A stretch of DNA of 64,000 bases from the human T2T-CHM13v2.0 reference genome, Homo sapiens: NCBI RefSeq assembly GCF_009914755.1, contig NC_060933.1; one strand, given 5' to 3'. A program made the position numbers and the translations under genes. Of the stretch, positions 27,551 through 41,680 are shown piece by piece. The notes under the pieces are model-generated. The model saw only the letters and a list, made by a program, of their open reading frames with translations. It did no database searches and was not told the DNA's origin. Numbering within the stretch: the first letter of the stretch is position 1; every line of letters starts with the position of its first letter.

Positions 27551-28934
27551 GACACTAGAAGGAGAACAGAATAGAACAATTATTCTGTAAGAAAAACAGA
27601 AGGAGCTGTCTTTGCTTTCCAATGCTATCCCCAACTTCATGACCTTGGGCAACTGATTTCCTGTCTCTAAATTAGGGAAATGAGAATAGTAACCTCTACT
27701 TCCTTACAGCTATGATGAGGAAAAATAAAATAAAATTTAAAAATCACTTAGCATAGTGCCTGCGCATACCAAGGGCAAAATAAATGCTGGCTTTTGTCAT
27801 TGGAGGAGGCAGGATTTGTGAGGTTTGTTTGAGAGTCTTTCCTGCTATGTTCTATGCTTATATAGGAAATTATGAATAATAACTTTGATGAGAACAGAAA
27901 AGTTCAATAAAACCATCATCTCTTTGTTCCATTTGGTTACTTCAAATTTGACAATTATCTTTTAATGGAGAACTGAACTAAATGTTCTCATTATTTTCTT
28001 TCCAGACTAAATGCTCCTTCTTAAACTAAGTCTCCCAATCCCACCTCATATGTAACTATTTTATTTCTTCCCACAAGCTCAAGGAATGTAAAAAAAAAAA
28101 AACGAATCTTAAGATGTTAAGCTTAGTGGAAATGCAGGAAGGGCTTACAGGTTGGTTGCCTGGTGCAATTTTCTGTCATGCAGGGAAACCAAGACTGAGA
28201 GAGGGAAATGGATTCACCTCCTGACACAGTGGACAAGCCAGGACTTGAACCCAGGTCTCTTTAATACAGTTTCTGCCATGTTTCCCTGACACTCACACAG
28301 AGAAAACAAATCTACAACAGTTATGTCTCCACTTCGTAAACCTTCCATTCTCCATCACCACTTCCAAATAAAGAATAACGGTTGTTACAGGAATATGTCA
28401 TTACTTGCCCATTTCGAATTGCCAACCAGGGACTCCCATTTCCAACATGTTTATGTAAAAGATTAGGAGACTCTTTGCTCTAATTGGTCATTTTTCCACT
28501 GAGTAATAGAGTTGCATCATTGTTGAATTGGCTCAGCCTGACACAGGCAGACACACTGATATATGTATGCTTTAATCTGTTAGGACCAATGAGGAAAGAA
28601 AACCGTTATTTACTTTTTGTCCTGACCTCACCATTTAGCCATGGCTCTTTGAGAGCATACTTCATTTACTGAACAAACTGCTCAGTAGCATCAATAACTT
28701 GTTTTAGATTCTTTTAAAGAGGACTTCATATGGCATTCAATCCTTGATTCCCCAATAAAACAACACAGCTGTTCCCTTGCAGCTCGTCTCTCAGCAGGAG
28801 CTGCAAAATCATATTTAATCAACTTTGCTTTAAAAGCCATCCAGTTTCCTTTAGGGCTTTGGCGAACTTCCCTGGCCAGGATGGCCCCTGCTGACATGTC
28901 AGCAGCTACAGCTTTTCCAAGCCCTGGCGGAGGG

Positions 28935-29170
28935 AGTTGCCATTTGCTGAGCACTTTCTCATGTGCCAGTCCCTCTATTGGGCACTTTAAATTCAAGGTT
29001 TTATTTAATCCACATGGCAGTCTCATGAGATGGGGATTGATCTCTGATTTTAAGATAAGGAAACTGAGGCTTAGAAGTGTAAAAACATTTTTCCCAAATC
29101 AAAGAGCAACAAGTGAAAGAATTGGGATTCAGCCAAGTTCTCTCTAATTCCAAAATCTGTGCATTTTCTA
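28935..29170 (-). mobile_element. MIR SINE
   Basis: catttgctgagcactt..tttaatcc..attttaagataaggaaactgaggcttaga..gggattcagccaag. Confidence 0.8.
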
Positions 29171-29664
29171 CTTTTCAGTTTGGCTTTCTACATAAAGAGG
29201 TACCAAGGAATTATACAGGGGTGAGTGAGACACAATTTAGTCAGTATGTCAAATTTGGCAACAGAGTCCCATTGCTATAGCTCCTAAGTCTTTTTAAGAC
29301 TTACAGCTTTTTCTTACCATGATGAAATTTGCTATTAGAATATAAATAATCTTGATGGCATCTTGTATTCAATAAAGATTAACAATTATTATGTACAATT
29401 TACTCTTCAAAGTGAGGTGAAGGGATGCAGAGATCAAATAGGTATATATCTTGCTCTCAAGAAGCTCTAAGTCTAGAAATAGAGATACAACAGCAACATC
29501 AAACATGCTAATGAAAAATAGAAAGTGATAAGTGTTATGAGTGGGTTAAATTATGATGGAAATTTGAAAAAGGAGAAGTCTATTCTAGCTAAGGCATAAG
29601 TCTTATCCAAAACTTTGAATGTAAAGACTATAAGTATTTTCCATAAGGCTTTATGGAAGATTGC

Positions 29665-30083
29665 AATAGTCAGGATGATTAACACTAGCTCCTGTGACAC
29701 CCCCAAAGTATCAGTGGCTTTAACACAACAAGAATTTCTTCTTCACTCTTTGTTGGGGTGAGGCAGTGCTCTCATCTATGATGTCACTCAGGATATAGGC
29801 TTCTTGTATCATGTGGCTCTACCCTTTGAGAGTCCTATGTTTCTAGCCACCTGGTTAGAGAAGAGAGAGAGAGAGAGAGAGACAGAGAGGGAGGGAATGG
29901 AGGATCAAGTGGAAAGTAGAGGAGCCAGGCCTGGAAGTGGTTTACTTCATTTCATTTACATCTCAGTGGACAGACAAGTCACATGGCCCCAACACAACTG
30001 AAAGAAGGATGGGAAATGTCTTCTTCCTGTAGGCCCAGGGAGAAAACAGAGCTTAATTGAGCACATAGCATTGTTTCTGCCAC
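29665..30083 (-). mobile_element. Old MaLR LTR (MLT1K/J-like) with internal (AG)n
   Basis: tcagtggctttaacacaac..gccaggcctggaagtgg..agtcacatggcccc..tgggaaatgt..tctgccaca. Confidence 0.75.
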
Positions 30084-30202
30084 AAGGAATATGAACATAG
30101 GTGTTGCAGAATCATTTAATTTAAGAAGTTGAGGGACATGCAGGATGAAGGTAGTGTAGAGGGTATTCATGGAACACTTTGATTCAAAAGAGATTGGTTT
30201 GG

Positions 30203-30657
<455 letters not shown>

Positions 30658-31024
30658 TTATCAAATTTTAATTGCCTCGGTTCCACAGGATTTCGATTTT
30701 TAGAGGGAGGCACGATGTATCAATTATAATAAACCTTTTCGATCACAGAATCTCTTTTTGGTAGACTATCTTGTAAGACTAATATTTTGTGACATGGAAT
30801 CTTAGGCAATGAGGAACCATTAAGCAAGAAAGACAAATGATTAGACTTACTTTTAGAAGTACAAGCCAGAGATGAGTTCCAACCCACATCCCAGATTTGA
30901 CCAATTAATAATGGCTGGCATTAGTGCTATCATGAAAGAAATTATGAAACTTCATCTGAACTTATCTAGGAAAAGGTAGTGATTGATTAATAATGTCTGC
31001 TGTAGAGTAAAGGATATAGAGGTG

Positions 31025-31413
31025 TGTCTTAGTTAGTTTGGACTTCTATAACAAAGTACCATAGATGGGTGGCTTAAAGAACCCACACTTATTTATCATA
31101 TATCTTCCAGCCTCCTATCTGGAGGCTGGAAGTCTAAGATGAAGATCCTTGCAGGTTTGCATCTGGCAAAAACCTGCTTCCTGGTTCATAGATGGCCATC
31201 TTCTCTCTCTGTATGCTCACATAGTGGAGAACAGAGAGAGGAAAAGCAAGCTCTCTCATCTCTTTTTTTTTTTTTAAAGGCACTAACCTTGTTCAAGGGG
31301 ATTCCACCCTTATGACCTAATTACCTCCCATAGGTCTCACCTCTTAATGCCACCATATTGGGGATGAGAATTTCAACATATGAATTTGGGGGGAAGGCAA
31401 ACCTTCCACAGCA
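31025..31413 (-). mobile_element. MLT1A-like MaLR LTR
   Basis: tgtcttagt..ctataacaaagtaccataga..tctggaggctggaagtc..atgacctaattacctccc..tttcaacatatgaatttgggg. Confidence 0.88.
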
Positions 31414-31416
31414 GGG

Positions 31417-31783
31417 TGTGATGGTTAATTTTGTGTATCAATTTAGCTAAACTATGGTGCCCAGTTGTTTGGTGAAACAGTAGTTTAGATGTTGCTGTGA
31501 AAGTATTTTGTAGACACGATGAACATTTACAATCAGTTGACTTAAAATAAACGATATTATTCTTGACAATGTGTCTCATCCAATCAGTTGAAGGCCTGAA
31601 AAATAAAACTGAAGTTTTTCAGAGAGGAAATTCTGCCTCAAGAGTAACGAGGAAATCCTACTTGAGTTTTCAGTCTGCTGACCTGCTCTGCTCTGTAGAT
31701 TTTGAATTTCTAGCTTACTGGCTTGCCATCCAAATTTTAGACTTATCAGTCCCTACAATCATGTAAGAAAATTCCTTAAAGAT

Positions 31784-31838
<55 letters not shown>

Positions 31839-31890
31839 TGTGTGTGAGTGTGAGTGTAGGTTCGGTCTCTGGAGAACCCTGACTGATACA
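31417..31890 (+). mobile_element. MLT2D-like ERVL LTR
   Basis: tgtgatggttaattttgtgtatcaa...tctctggagaaccctgactgataca. Confidence 0.9.
31786..31858. repeat. (TG)n microsatellite within the MLT2 LTR
   Basis: Over 30 TG units with few interruptions. Confidence 0.97.
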
Positions 31891-32348
31891 AGGGGTGACA
31901 ACAGCATGATGGCATTTGATTTTGTTGCTTTAGGTGAAGGTTGCAAGTTGGGTTACAAAGAGAGCTTGGGTGCCTGAAAGTGGTGTCAACACCAAAATGG
32001 AAAAGATTTCAGGAGAAGAAAGTTCAGATTTGGAACTTTGTCCTTTAGATGTCACCTGGACAAACAAATAGACATCCTTCAGAAGAACGTTCATTCAGAG
32101 CTAAGCAGAAGTCAGCATTATTTCCAGTGTGCAAAGATATTTTGAAGAGAATGTATATCTCCTTTAGGATCCTTCAACAGATACGCCACCTGTTTGCCTG
32201 CAGCAGTTTCCTGAGGCTGCAATTTGGAACAAATGCCTCTAGTGACAGGGAACAAAAAGAGTTGCTTTGTCCTGAAAGGAGGTTAAGAGTCATTTGAGGC
32301 TGACTATTCAAGACACACCTGAATGGGGTGTGAATTAAGAGAAAGGAG

Positions 32349-32497
32349 GGCCAGGTGTGGTGGCTCACTCCTGTAATACCAGCACTTTGGGAGGCCTAGA
32401 TGGGAGGATTGCTTAAGCCTAGGAGTTTGAGACAAGCCTGGGCAATATGGTGAGACCCCATCTCTAAAAATAAAAGAAAAAGGAAAGAAAATAAAAC
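32349..32497 (+). mobile_element. FLAM_C / free left Alu monomer
   Basis: Single monomer with A-rich tail; TSD agaaaggagg at 32340 and 32498. Confidence 0.9.
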
Positions 32498-32887
32498 AGA
32501 AAGGAGGAAAACGGTTATAGAAAAAGGAGAGGAACATCACTAAGCGAAAAGCTGAATGGAGGTGAGTCACTGGGCATGACTAAGCCATGACTAAGACCTC
32601 CAGGGTGATAGATGAAGGTCTCACCACCAGGAGAGTGGAGTAATTATTAATGCATGTTTGCCTGGTGAGTTATTTAGTTACAAAAACCACAGCAGAGGCT
32701 CTTCATTGTAACAGCTCAACAATCATATATAGAGTTCCCGCAATGCAGACACTCACTAAACACTGGGGTCACACGGGGGAAAGACACAAGTCCAGCCTCA
32801 TTTTGAATCAGTCTTTTTGTGTGTTTTAGTAGCTTCCCAAACATAACTTTGTCTTATCACTCATAGATGTAATGAGGTAGCTTGATT

Positions 32888-33600
32888 CTATTTATTCAAC
32901 AAAGACTTATTGATTTCCTACAACAAACCATGCACTGTTCTTGCTATGGGGAATATAGTAGTGAAGAAAATTGGCTAAACTTACTCCTTGCCTTCATGGA
33001 GCTGACATTCTCATGTGGGTGACAGGAAATACCATGATAAATAAGTAAACTACACAGTAGGATCTGTGGTGATATGTTAGAGAAAAAAAATAAAGCAGCT
33101 TTATCAATCAAGAGAGGTTAGGCAGCCAACATGCAATAATTAACAAACTGGAATCTCAGTGACTTTTCCACTCGCCTAATTTTCATCGTGGGCCAGAAGG
33201 GGCCTCTGCTCCCACAACTTCACTGTCTTCCTTGCTCTAGGACTCTGACTATAGAGCAACGAATATCTGTGCTATTATAGGGGAAAAAATAAAAAGAGAT
33301 TTCTGCTGGGTCTCACCTTGGGGAAGCAATGCTCAGCCTGAAATTGATGCACATTATTTCCACACATCATTCATTGGAATGAACTGATTAGTTGGATTGA
33401 CCTAAAATATGGAAGCAGGAAGTACAGTTCTATCATGTGTTCAGACTGGGGGAAATCCTGTAAATATGGCAAACAAAAATAGGGTCATTTAGGTCACAGT
33501 GAGGACTTTGGCTTCTCCCATGAGTAAAATGGGAAGCCATTGGAGACTGTGAACAGTCGAGTGAGTGCAGAATGAGACAGACTTTTGTTGAGATCTTGGC
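32888..33600 (-). mobile_element. L2 interrupted by an old MLT1-type LTR (~33100-33478)
   Basis: tttattcaacaaagacttattga..ccttgccttcatggagctgacattct, resuming at aggactttggctt..aaatgggaagccattggag. Confidence 0.65.
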
Positions 33601-34554
33601 TCTGTGACCCAGAACATGTGATCTATAAATTGGGGCAACAAAACCTACCTTATTAGATTGGTAGTAAGATTCACTGAGATATTTGTGTAATGCCTGGCAT
33701 AAAATAAATTTTGGCAAAATGACAATGATATATTGAATTTCCTATAAACCTATTTGTTTCATCAAATGAGGATGAATTTCCCCCAAAGCAAAAACCATGT
33801 CTAATTCATCATTGAATTCTCAATTCCTAATACAAGATTGGACCCACTTCATTCCCCTAATATGTGTACTTCATTCTCCACAGGATGGCTGAGAGGAGGG
33901 AAAAGATGCAGAGAGCATCTGTGTATCCTTGCTGCTAAGAATTCACCTTTTTTAAAAAAGGGAGCTGTCACCTTGAATAAAAAAGGCTGAAGCAGCAATT
34001 CATAAGCCACAGTTAATGATCAAACTCATGGCAAGTCAGCTTTAGAATCCAGTGGAGGCATGTTCTCTGTGGCCTTATGGCTTGGGGGACTGTTTGGAAT
34101 ATGGTTAGCTGTCACCTTATATTTCTGATATAAGCTATGACATGCCTGTAGCTGACACATTTGTCCGCAGACTCTTTGTTCAAAGAGAAAGGTATACCAC
34201 AGTTGTGCTAGTAATGGTTGCAATGCCTAGGGATAGAATTACGAAGAACTTGAAAAATCTTGCTCTTAGCATGTGTCACCATAATGAATAGATCGACGGT
34301 ACAAGGTCAAACTTAATGCACAATGGGAAAGGTGGAAATTTTTTTTATTATCTTTCTTTATATGTGTCTCCTTTCACTGCATAGCTTTTTCTCCACACTC
34401 CTTTCATATTGATCTGGCAATAATGCTAACTTTGGTGCATTCAAGAGGCCCCTTTCCCCACCTTCATTTTGTCTTTTCTCTAACAGCACTTGTTTTTCAT
34501 ATTCTTGAACACATTCAGCTAGTGGCTGTGAATTTGGAGAGATAAGCATATAAT

Positions 34555-34685
34555 AACTATGATGATCATACTTCTTAGTTTGCCCAGAACAGTCATGGCT
34601 TTTGCCCAATGTCTAGGTGTAAATATTAATGATAATACCTTTTATTCTCAAATTTTTCTCAGTTAGAAAAATATATGGTCCTATT
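34555..34685. mobile_element. MER94-like (hAT-Blackjack) fragment
   Basis: cttagtttgcccagaacagtc..ggtgtaaatattaat..cccttttattctcaaa-like..aaaatatatggtc. Confidence 0.6.
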
Positions 34686-35032
34686 TATTATAGAAATTTA
34701 TCCTTTTCTGAAGGGCCACACAATGCCAGAAACTATTATGCCTTTCCACCAGCGTGATCCTAGAGTTAACTCAAAGTTTCACGTGTTGTTAGAAATATGA
34801 GGGGTTTCAAAGTCAACCAAAATAGCTGGAAGGGAAGGACATTGTCATAGTCCATCCAGGGAGTTAGCAGCCCACTCTGCTGCCAATCTCAACCAGAATT
34901 TGACCTCCCCATCAAGTTCTGCTGTCACATTATCCTCCTCTAGGAGAGGAAAGATGGTGGTGACAAAGCACTCAACTTTGGTCTCGATGGACCTGGGTTT
35001 AAACTTTGGGTCAATTAATCTATGACAGTTAC

Positions 35033-35411
35033 TGTATTAGTCTGTTCTCACACTGCTATAAAGAACTGCTTGAGACTGGGTAATTTAGAAAGGAAAGAGG
35101 TTTAATTGACTGGTAGTACAGCATGGCTGCAGAGGCCTCAGGAAACTTAGAAATCATGGTAGAAGGCAAAGGGGAAGCAAGGCACCTTCTTCACAAGGTG
35201 GCAGAAGGGAGAATGAATGCAGGAGGAACTACCAAACATTTATAAAACCATCAGATCTTGGAAGAACTCACTCATTATTACAAGAACAGCGTGGGGGAAA
35301 CTGCCCCCAAGATCCAATTACTTCTACCTGATTTGTCCCTTGACATGTGGGGATTATGGGGATTATAATTCAAGATGAGATTTGGGTGGGGACACAAAGT
35401 CAACCACATCA
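35033..35411 (-). mobile_element. THE1D-like solo LTR inserted into a MIR
   Basis: tgtattagtctgttctcacactgc...aaccacatca; 5-bp TSD gttac at 35028-35032 and 35412-35416. Confidence 0.94.
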
Positions 35412-36705
35412 GTTACCTCTTAATTTAAAATTTTTAGCAGGAATACTAACATATGATTCACCCAGATTGTTATAAAATTTAATCACATAATGTCATATAA
35501 TGTGAAAAAAATTATATAATGTAAAAATTGTTTAACATAGTTTATTGACACTATTGAGTGACAGCTTTTATTAGTATTATTAATAAAATAAAAATTGAAT
35601 TTTCATATTACTGCAATTACCACAGGGTCTGAAACCTAGTAGTTACTATACACTTTTTATTTTGAATCTTGATATATACATACAGCAGACATTGTTTTTC
35701 AAAACAATTTCTTTCTCATTAGTACAGAAGGAACTTTGGATGTGGGAGAGAAAGACAAGGAGAAACCTGAAAGCAGCCCAGTTATGACAATGAATGGTAA
35801 GATATTCTCCTGACCTGAGATCTGCTTTTACGGAGTAAATAAATGAATGTTACATGAGCCCAGTGCAAAACAAGCAGGGTGTGATTATGCAGGCAGTCTT
35901 GGAGAAGTTAGCACCATTGTCAGCTCTGAGGGATCATAGGAGTAGAACAGCTACCACTGAAAGTAAAAAGGAATCTGAATCCAGTTGTTGACAATGACAA
36001 GTCAAGTTTTAAAAAACCTGAGTAGAATCTGCTGCTATTTTAATAATGGTTGGATACACTGAGCAGAGCCTCTGACAGAGGTAGGATGTGTTAAGCCCTG
36101 GGGTTCCCTGCACAGTGTTGCAGCAGAGTAGTGGTCCCTCAGCTGTGAGCTAGGTTAAGACCTGAGACTGAAATGGATACATTTAACTCATGCCCACCCC
36201 AATCCCAGGCAAAGCTTTTCAAGTCTTGATTGGTCCTGCCTCTCTGAGGGTTTTTTTTTTTTCCACTTTAAGTATATTTTTGAAGTTCAGAGCCGTAAGA
36301 ACATATCATGGAATTTGCCCACAAGTGATAAAGTATCATCTCAAATTTGGGCTTAACTTGTGTTGGGGACTCATATTTGCCTTAGGGAGTTAAAATTTTT
36401 ACTATGTAAGATAGGGAGAGAGATATCAAATTATGGTGTATAGAACATCTGCTTTAAAATCATTTGGAAAACTTTAAAATGCTGACTTCTGTACCTTATC
36501 TTTGACCTACTGAATCAGACTATTTGAGAAATGAATATGAAGGTTGATTAGCTCACAGAGTTTTACTATCCTCATGATTATTGAGAAACCATTAGGCTAG
36601 TGGCTCTATGAATAGGTTAGCATAATAAAAGAGAATTATCTTCATCAAGATCCAATAATGGTAGTTGCTACCATCTTTATCTGACCATTGAGAAAACTGA
36701 TGTAG

Positions 36706-37070
<365 letters not shown>

Positions 37071-37844
37071 AAAAGAAGGAGATTATTTGTCTTTGCCATG
37101 TTCTAATGGAAGTAGAGGTAAGATGCTTACTCAGATTCTTTTCTCCCTGAATCAGTGGGGGACATTTCCATGGACCAAGGAAGAGGGATGATTTAGGCCA
37201 AAACCCTAATTTTGATTATTTGATGATAATTTATATTAAAAATATGAAAAAATAGTAACCAAGCACAAAATAATTATAGTACCTTGAATGAGTCCTGGTA
37301 GCCTCTGCTGTCTCTGATGATGTCAAGAAAGTCAGGGGCATTTTCCAGGGGCAACAGTAACTATTGCCTTAAGTTTGTATTTTTTATTCATGTTAATGGA
37401 ATTGGAAAAAGCTTAGATTTTCGGGAAATAGTAACTCACAAGTTACCAAGCAGATGGCAATTTCCTCTCTGCCTCTTGCCTAAAAACACACTTTGGATGC
37501 GTCATAAGCAAAGCCCAGGCCCAGTTAAAGCTCTGTTATTCAGTCCGGAAGCAGTTGCTTCTGTATTTATCATGGTGCTCAGGGTATAGATATAGATCTT
37601 AGACATTTTTAGTGAGATAGTTTGAGGAGCCTGTAGAGGCAGAGAAATCAGTATGAAATCTGGGAGAAAAAAAGGGCATTCATTTTTGAAACAGGTATAA
37701 TTTATAGGAATGGACACTTCAATCCTTTTCTTTAGAACACAGTTTTCATCTGACCAGTTTGCTTCTTGCATTGCCCAGAAAGCAATCGATCATCTACTCC
37801 TTTTTTTCAATGTGATCAATAGAGAAGAGTGTGCTGACTTAGAG

Positions 37845-37981
37845 AAGAGATTCTCAAACTTCAATGCACCCACAAATCACCTATCTTGTTAAAATGCAGA
37901 TCATGCTTCATCAGGCCTGAGAATCTGCATTTCTAACCAGCTGTCATGGCTGCTGGTCTGTGGACCACACTGCAAGACCAG
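37845..37981. mobile_element. MER5A (hAT-Charlie)
   Basis: attctcaaactt..cttgttaaaatgcagat..atctgcatttctaac..gctgctggtc; flanked by repeated gacttagag (37836 and 37982). Confidence 0.85.
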
Positions 37982-38507
37982 GACTTAGAGCATGGTCAGT
38001 TGCCCAAGTTCACTTGAGACCATGAGAACATTACTGAGCTTCTGAGCCTTCATTTCCTCATTTTAAACATTTGCATATAATACAGATAATGAAAGTGCCT
38101 AACATATAGGACTATTTTAAGTACAGAATATAGTCCACATAAAGTGCTAAAATAATTAATTGTCACATCATATTCTATCAGTAAATGTTTGCTATCATTA
38201 TTAGGCATTTGCTATGTGCCTTCTATATGCTAGGGTTCTAGGAAAAGAATTAGAAGATGTGCTTTTTGTTTCTTAAATCTAACAACCTAGAAGCGGTCAG
38301 TAAAATAGGTTACATATAGGCACATAAATCTACCATGAGTTAGCAGATAGATGGGTACACGCTTCAATGGCAGGAATACTGGTCATGGAGTAAGGAAGCT
38401 GGTTTCCCTATTCCCTTGTCGTAAGGAATTTTGTGAAAACCTCTTTCATTTTCTGGATTGTTGTCTCATCCTTTATAACAGAGGAATTTTACCCAGCTGC
38501 ATAGTTC

Positions 38508-39111
38508 TGATGGCAGTGTCTGCTGCCATCATGCCTGCTGCAGCAGGAGCAAGTGGGAGCCCTGCCCCTTCTGAATTGGGATGGGAGATTCCCGTGCCAC
38601 TGTAGCTGCCCAAACTGCAGCTGCAGACTCAGGCCTCCCTGCTCTAGGGAGCAGGCAGGAGCCCCACTCTCCTGGGTGGGGCTACAGCCACCCAAACTGC
38701 AAATGTGGATCTGGCCACCCTCCCAAGCACAGGATCGGAGTGTCTCTGCAGCCTGCACCCTCAGGTGCACCAGGAAGGATTCCCCCTCCATCCCTACAGG
38801 CTCAGGGGTGTCTGCTCCCACTGCCCAGCCTCTCTCTGCTCCTGACACCTCCAATGTCAGAGCAGGGTTGGAGCCAAGCCCAGGGGCCATGAATGGCAGC
38901 AGGAGGCAGACAGAGTCCTAGGCGGAAGTGGGTGGAGTCCCCAGTAAGGTCCCATTCTCAGGCCAGGGAGGGCCCAAAGGCTGGGGGCTGGGCTGCCAGT
39001 TTCTCCAACCAGAGTGGCAACTCATAGTGCCTCTTCTGGCCCACCCATGGCCGCCCATGGACCCATTCACATGTACTTCCCCTCTCTGAGGTCCATAAAA
39101 GCCCTGGCCTC
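38508..39111 (+). mobile_element. MER52-type 5' LTR, truncated just after the TATA-like cataaaa
   Basis: tgatggcagtgtctgctgccatcatgcc..; collinear with the 3' LTR up to gaggtccataaaa. Confidence 0.88.
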
Positions 39112-39314
39112 AGCTGGGTGCAGTGGCTCGCACTTGTAACCCCAGCACTTTGGGAGGCCAAGCCAGGTGGATCAGCTGAGGTCAGGACTTTGAGATCAGC
39201 CTGGCCAACATGGTGAAACTCCGTCTCTACTAAAAATACAAAAATTAGCTGCACATGGTGGTGGGCACCTGTAATCTCAGCTACTCTGGAGGCGGAGGCA
39301 GGAGAATCGCTTGA
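39112..39314 (+). mobile_element. AluS, 3'-truncated
   Basis: Alu 5' end through ggagaatcgcttga, then an abrupt switch to THE1-int. Confidence 0.95.
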
Positions 39315-40318
39315 TTCTCTGTGTGGGGGTTCTGATCCCACATTTCCCTTCTGCACTGCCCTAGCAGAAGTTCTCCATGAGAGTCCTGCCACTGCAACAA
39401 ACTTCTGCCTGGGCATCCAGGCATTTCCATACATCTTTTGAAATCTAAGCAGAGGTTCCCAAACCTTACTTCTTGACTTCTGTGCACTGGCAGGCTCAAC
39501 ACCACATGGAAGCTACCAAGACTTGAGGTTTACACCCTCTGAAGCCACAGCCTGAGCTGTACATTGGCCTCTTTCAGCCATGGCTAGAGTGGCTGGGACA
39601 CAGGGCACCAAATCTCTAGGCTGCACACAGCACGCAGACCCTGGTCCCAACCCAAGAAACCACTCTTTCCTCCTGGACCTCTGGGCCTGTGATGGGAGGG
39701 GCTGCCATGAAGGTCTCTGACATGGCCAGGAGACATTTTCCCCCATGGTCTTGGGGATTAACATTAGGCTCCTTGCTACTTATGCAAATTTCTAAAGCTT
39801 GCTTGAATTTCTTCTCAAAAAATGGGTTTTCCTTTTCTACTGCATCATCAGGCTGCAATTACTCCAAACACTTATGCTCTGTTTCCCTTTTAAGAGAATG
39901 CTTTTAACAGTACACAACTTACTTCTTGAATGCTTTTCTGCTTAGACATTTCTTTTCTGCCAGATACCCTAAATCATCTCTCTCAATTTCAAAGTTCCAC
40001 AGATCTCTAGGACAGGGGCAAAATGCTGCCAGTCTCTTTGCTAACATATAACAAGAGTCACCTTTGCCCCAGTTTCCAACAAGTTCCTCATCTCCATCTG
40101 AGACCACCTCAGCCTAGACCTTATTGTTCATATCACTATCAGAATTTCTGTCAAAGCCATTCAGCAAATCTCTAGGAGGTTCAAACTTTCATACATTTTT
40201 CTGTCTTCTGTGAGCCCTCCAAATTGTTCCAATCTCTGGCTGTTACCCAGTTCCAAAGTTGCTTTCACATTTTTGGGTATCTTTTCAGCAGTGCTCCTCT
40301 CTACTGATACCAACTTAC
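39315..40318 (-). mobile_element. THE1 internal region, partial
   Basis: Collinear with ~7076-8077 of the first THE1. Confidence 0.94.
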
Positions 40319-40673
40319 TGTATTAGCCAGTTTTCATGCTGCTGATAAAGACACACCTAAGACTGGGAAGAAAAAGAGGTTTAATTGGACTTATAGTTCC
40401 ACATGTCTGGGGAGGCCTCAGGATCATGGAGGGAGGCAAAAGGCACTTCTTACATGGTGACGGCAAGAGAAAAATGAGAAAAAAGCAAAAGTGGAAACCC
40501 CTGATAAACCCATTAGATTTTGTGAGATTTATTCACTATTATGAGAACAGCATAGAAAAGACCAGCCCCCATGATTCAATTACCTCCCCCTGTGTCCTTC
40601 CCACAACATGTGGGAATTCTGGGAGATACAATTCAAGTTGAGATTTGAATGGGGACACAGCCAAACCATATCA
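40319..40673 (-). mobile_element. THE1C-like 5' LTR
   Basis: tgtattagccag...ccaaaccatatca; carries the aaacccctgataaa segment also seen at 62082-62439. Confidence 0.93.
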
Positions 40674-41680
40674 GGGATCTTCGCAAATTATCAGATGACC
40701 CTGATAGGTATATAGAGGCCTTCCAGAACTTAACCCAAGTATTAATATGTGAACTCTCCTGGAAGGATGTAGTGTTACTTTGGAATCAAACCCTGGCCAA
40801 CGCTGAAAAGCAGGCCATTCTCAGCAAGTGGCAAATAATTTTGAGGAATGAGCTTTATATCTTGTATAGCACGAGGGAAGGGGAGGAACTTTATCCAGTT
40901 GGAAGAATAGCAGTACCATTGGAGTACCCTAAATGGGACCCCAATGATGAAATGGGAGAGTTGAAGAGGAAACACTTTAAAATGTGTGTATATTAGAGGG
41001 CTTTGTAAGGGACTGAGACTAGACCTCTCAATCTCACTGGGCTACCTGTGGTAGACCAGGGATTTGACAGGAGTCCCACTGCCTTCCTGGAAAGGCTAAG
41101 AGGGGTCTTGGCAAAACACACCCTTCTCTCCCCTCATTCAATAGAGGGATAGCTGGTCCTAGGGGATGAGTTTGTTACTCAGGCAGCCTCTGGTATCAGG
41201 AGGAAGCTGCAGAAACAGGACATAGGACCAGTAGTACTTTAGAGGACCTCCTGAAAGTGGCCACCTTGGTCTTTTATAATAGAGATCAGGAGGCCAGAGA
41301 GAGGGAAAGGAGACAGAAAAAAAAGCAGAGAGTCTCATAGCCACCTTACAGGCTCAGAAACCCCAGAGTTCCTAAGATGTACTTGTTGACTTCTGCAAAT
41401 GTAAACCACTGGAGGTCAGACTGTTCCTGAGACACAGGTAACCAGGTCCAGGGCTGGTCTTTCAAATGGTACAGCAAGGCTTATGGGTCCCAGGGTTCTT
41501 TTCCCTGGCTTTGGTGATTCAGACTGCCATTATCATCCAGGAGCCTTGGGTGATTATGGGTATCAAGGGAAAGAGGATGGATCTCCTGGACTCAAGTGCG
41601 CCTTTCATTCTCTCCAACCTAGGTCCCCCTCTCTTAGCATGACTGTGAGGAGCTCAGGAGAAGCCAAAACTCTTAGTTGT
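40674..41680 (+). pseudogene. Gammaretrovirus-like gag (capsid p30, MHR) and protease remnant
   Basis: DDPDRYIEAFQNLTQ..LSWKDVVLL..AVPLEYPKWD; MHR-like QG..SPTAFLERLR at ~41057-41102; QEPWV..GKRMDLLDS protease N-terminus at ~41537; many frameshifts. Confidence 0.85.

Noticed and set aside
40649-40996. 115-aa gag ORF as a domesticated capsid gene
   Set aside because: Its start is borrowed from the THE1 LTR, the gag is frameshifted and stops early, and it is only a fragment.
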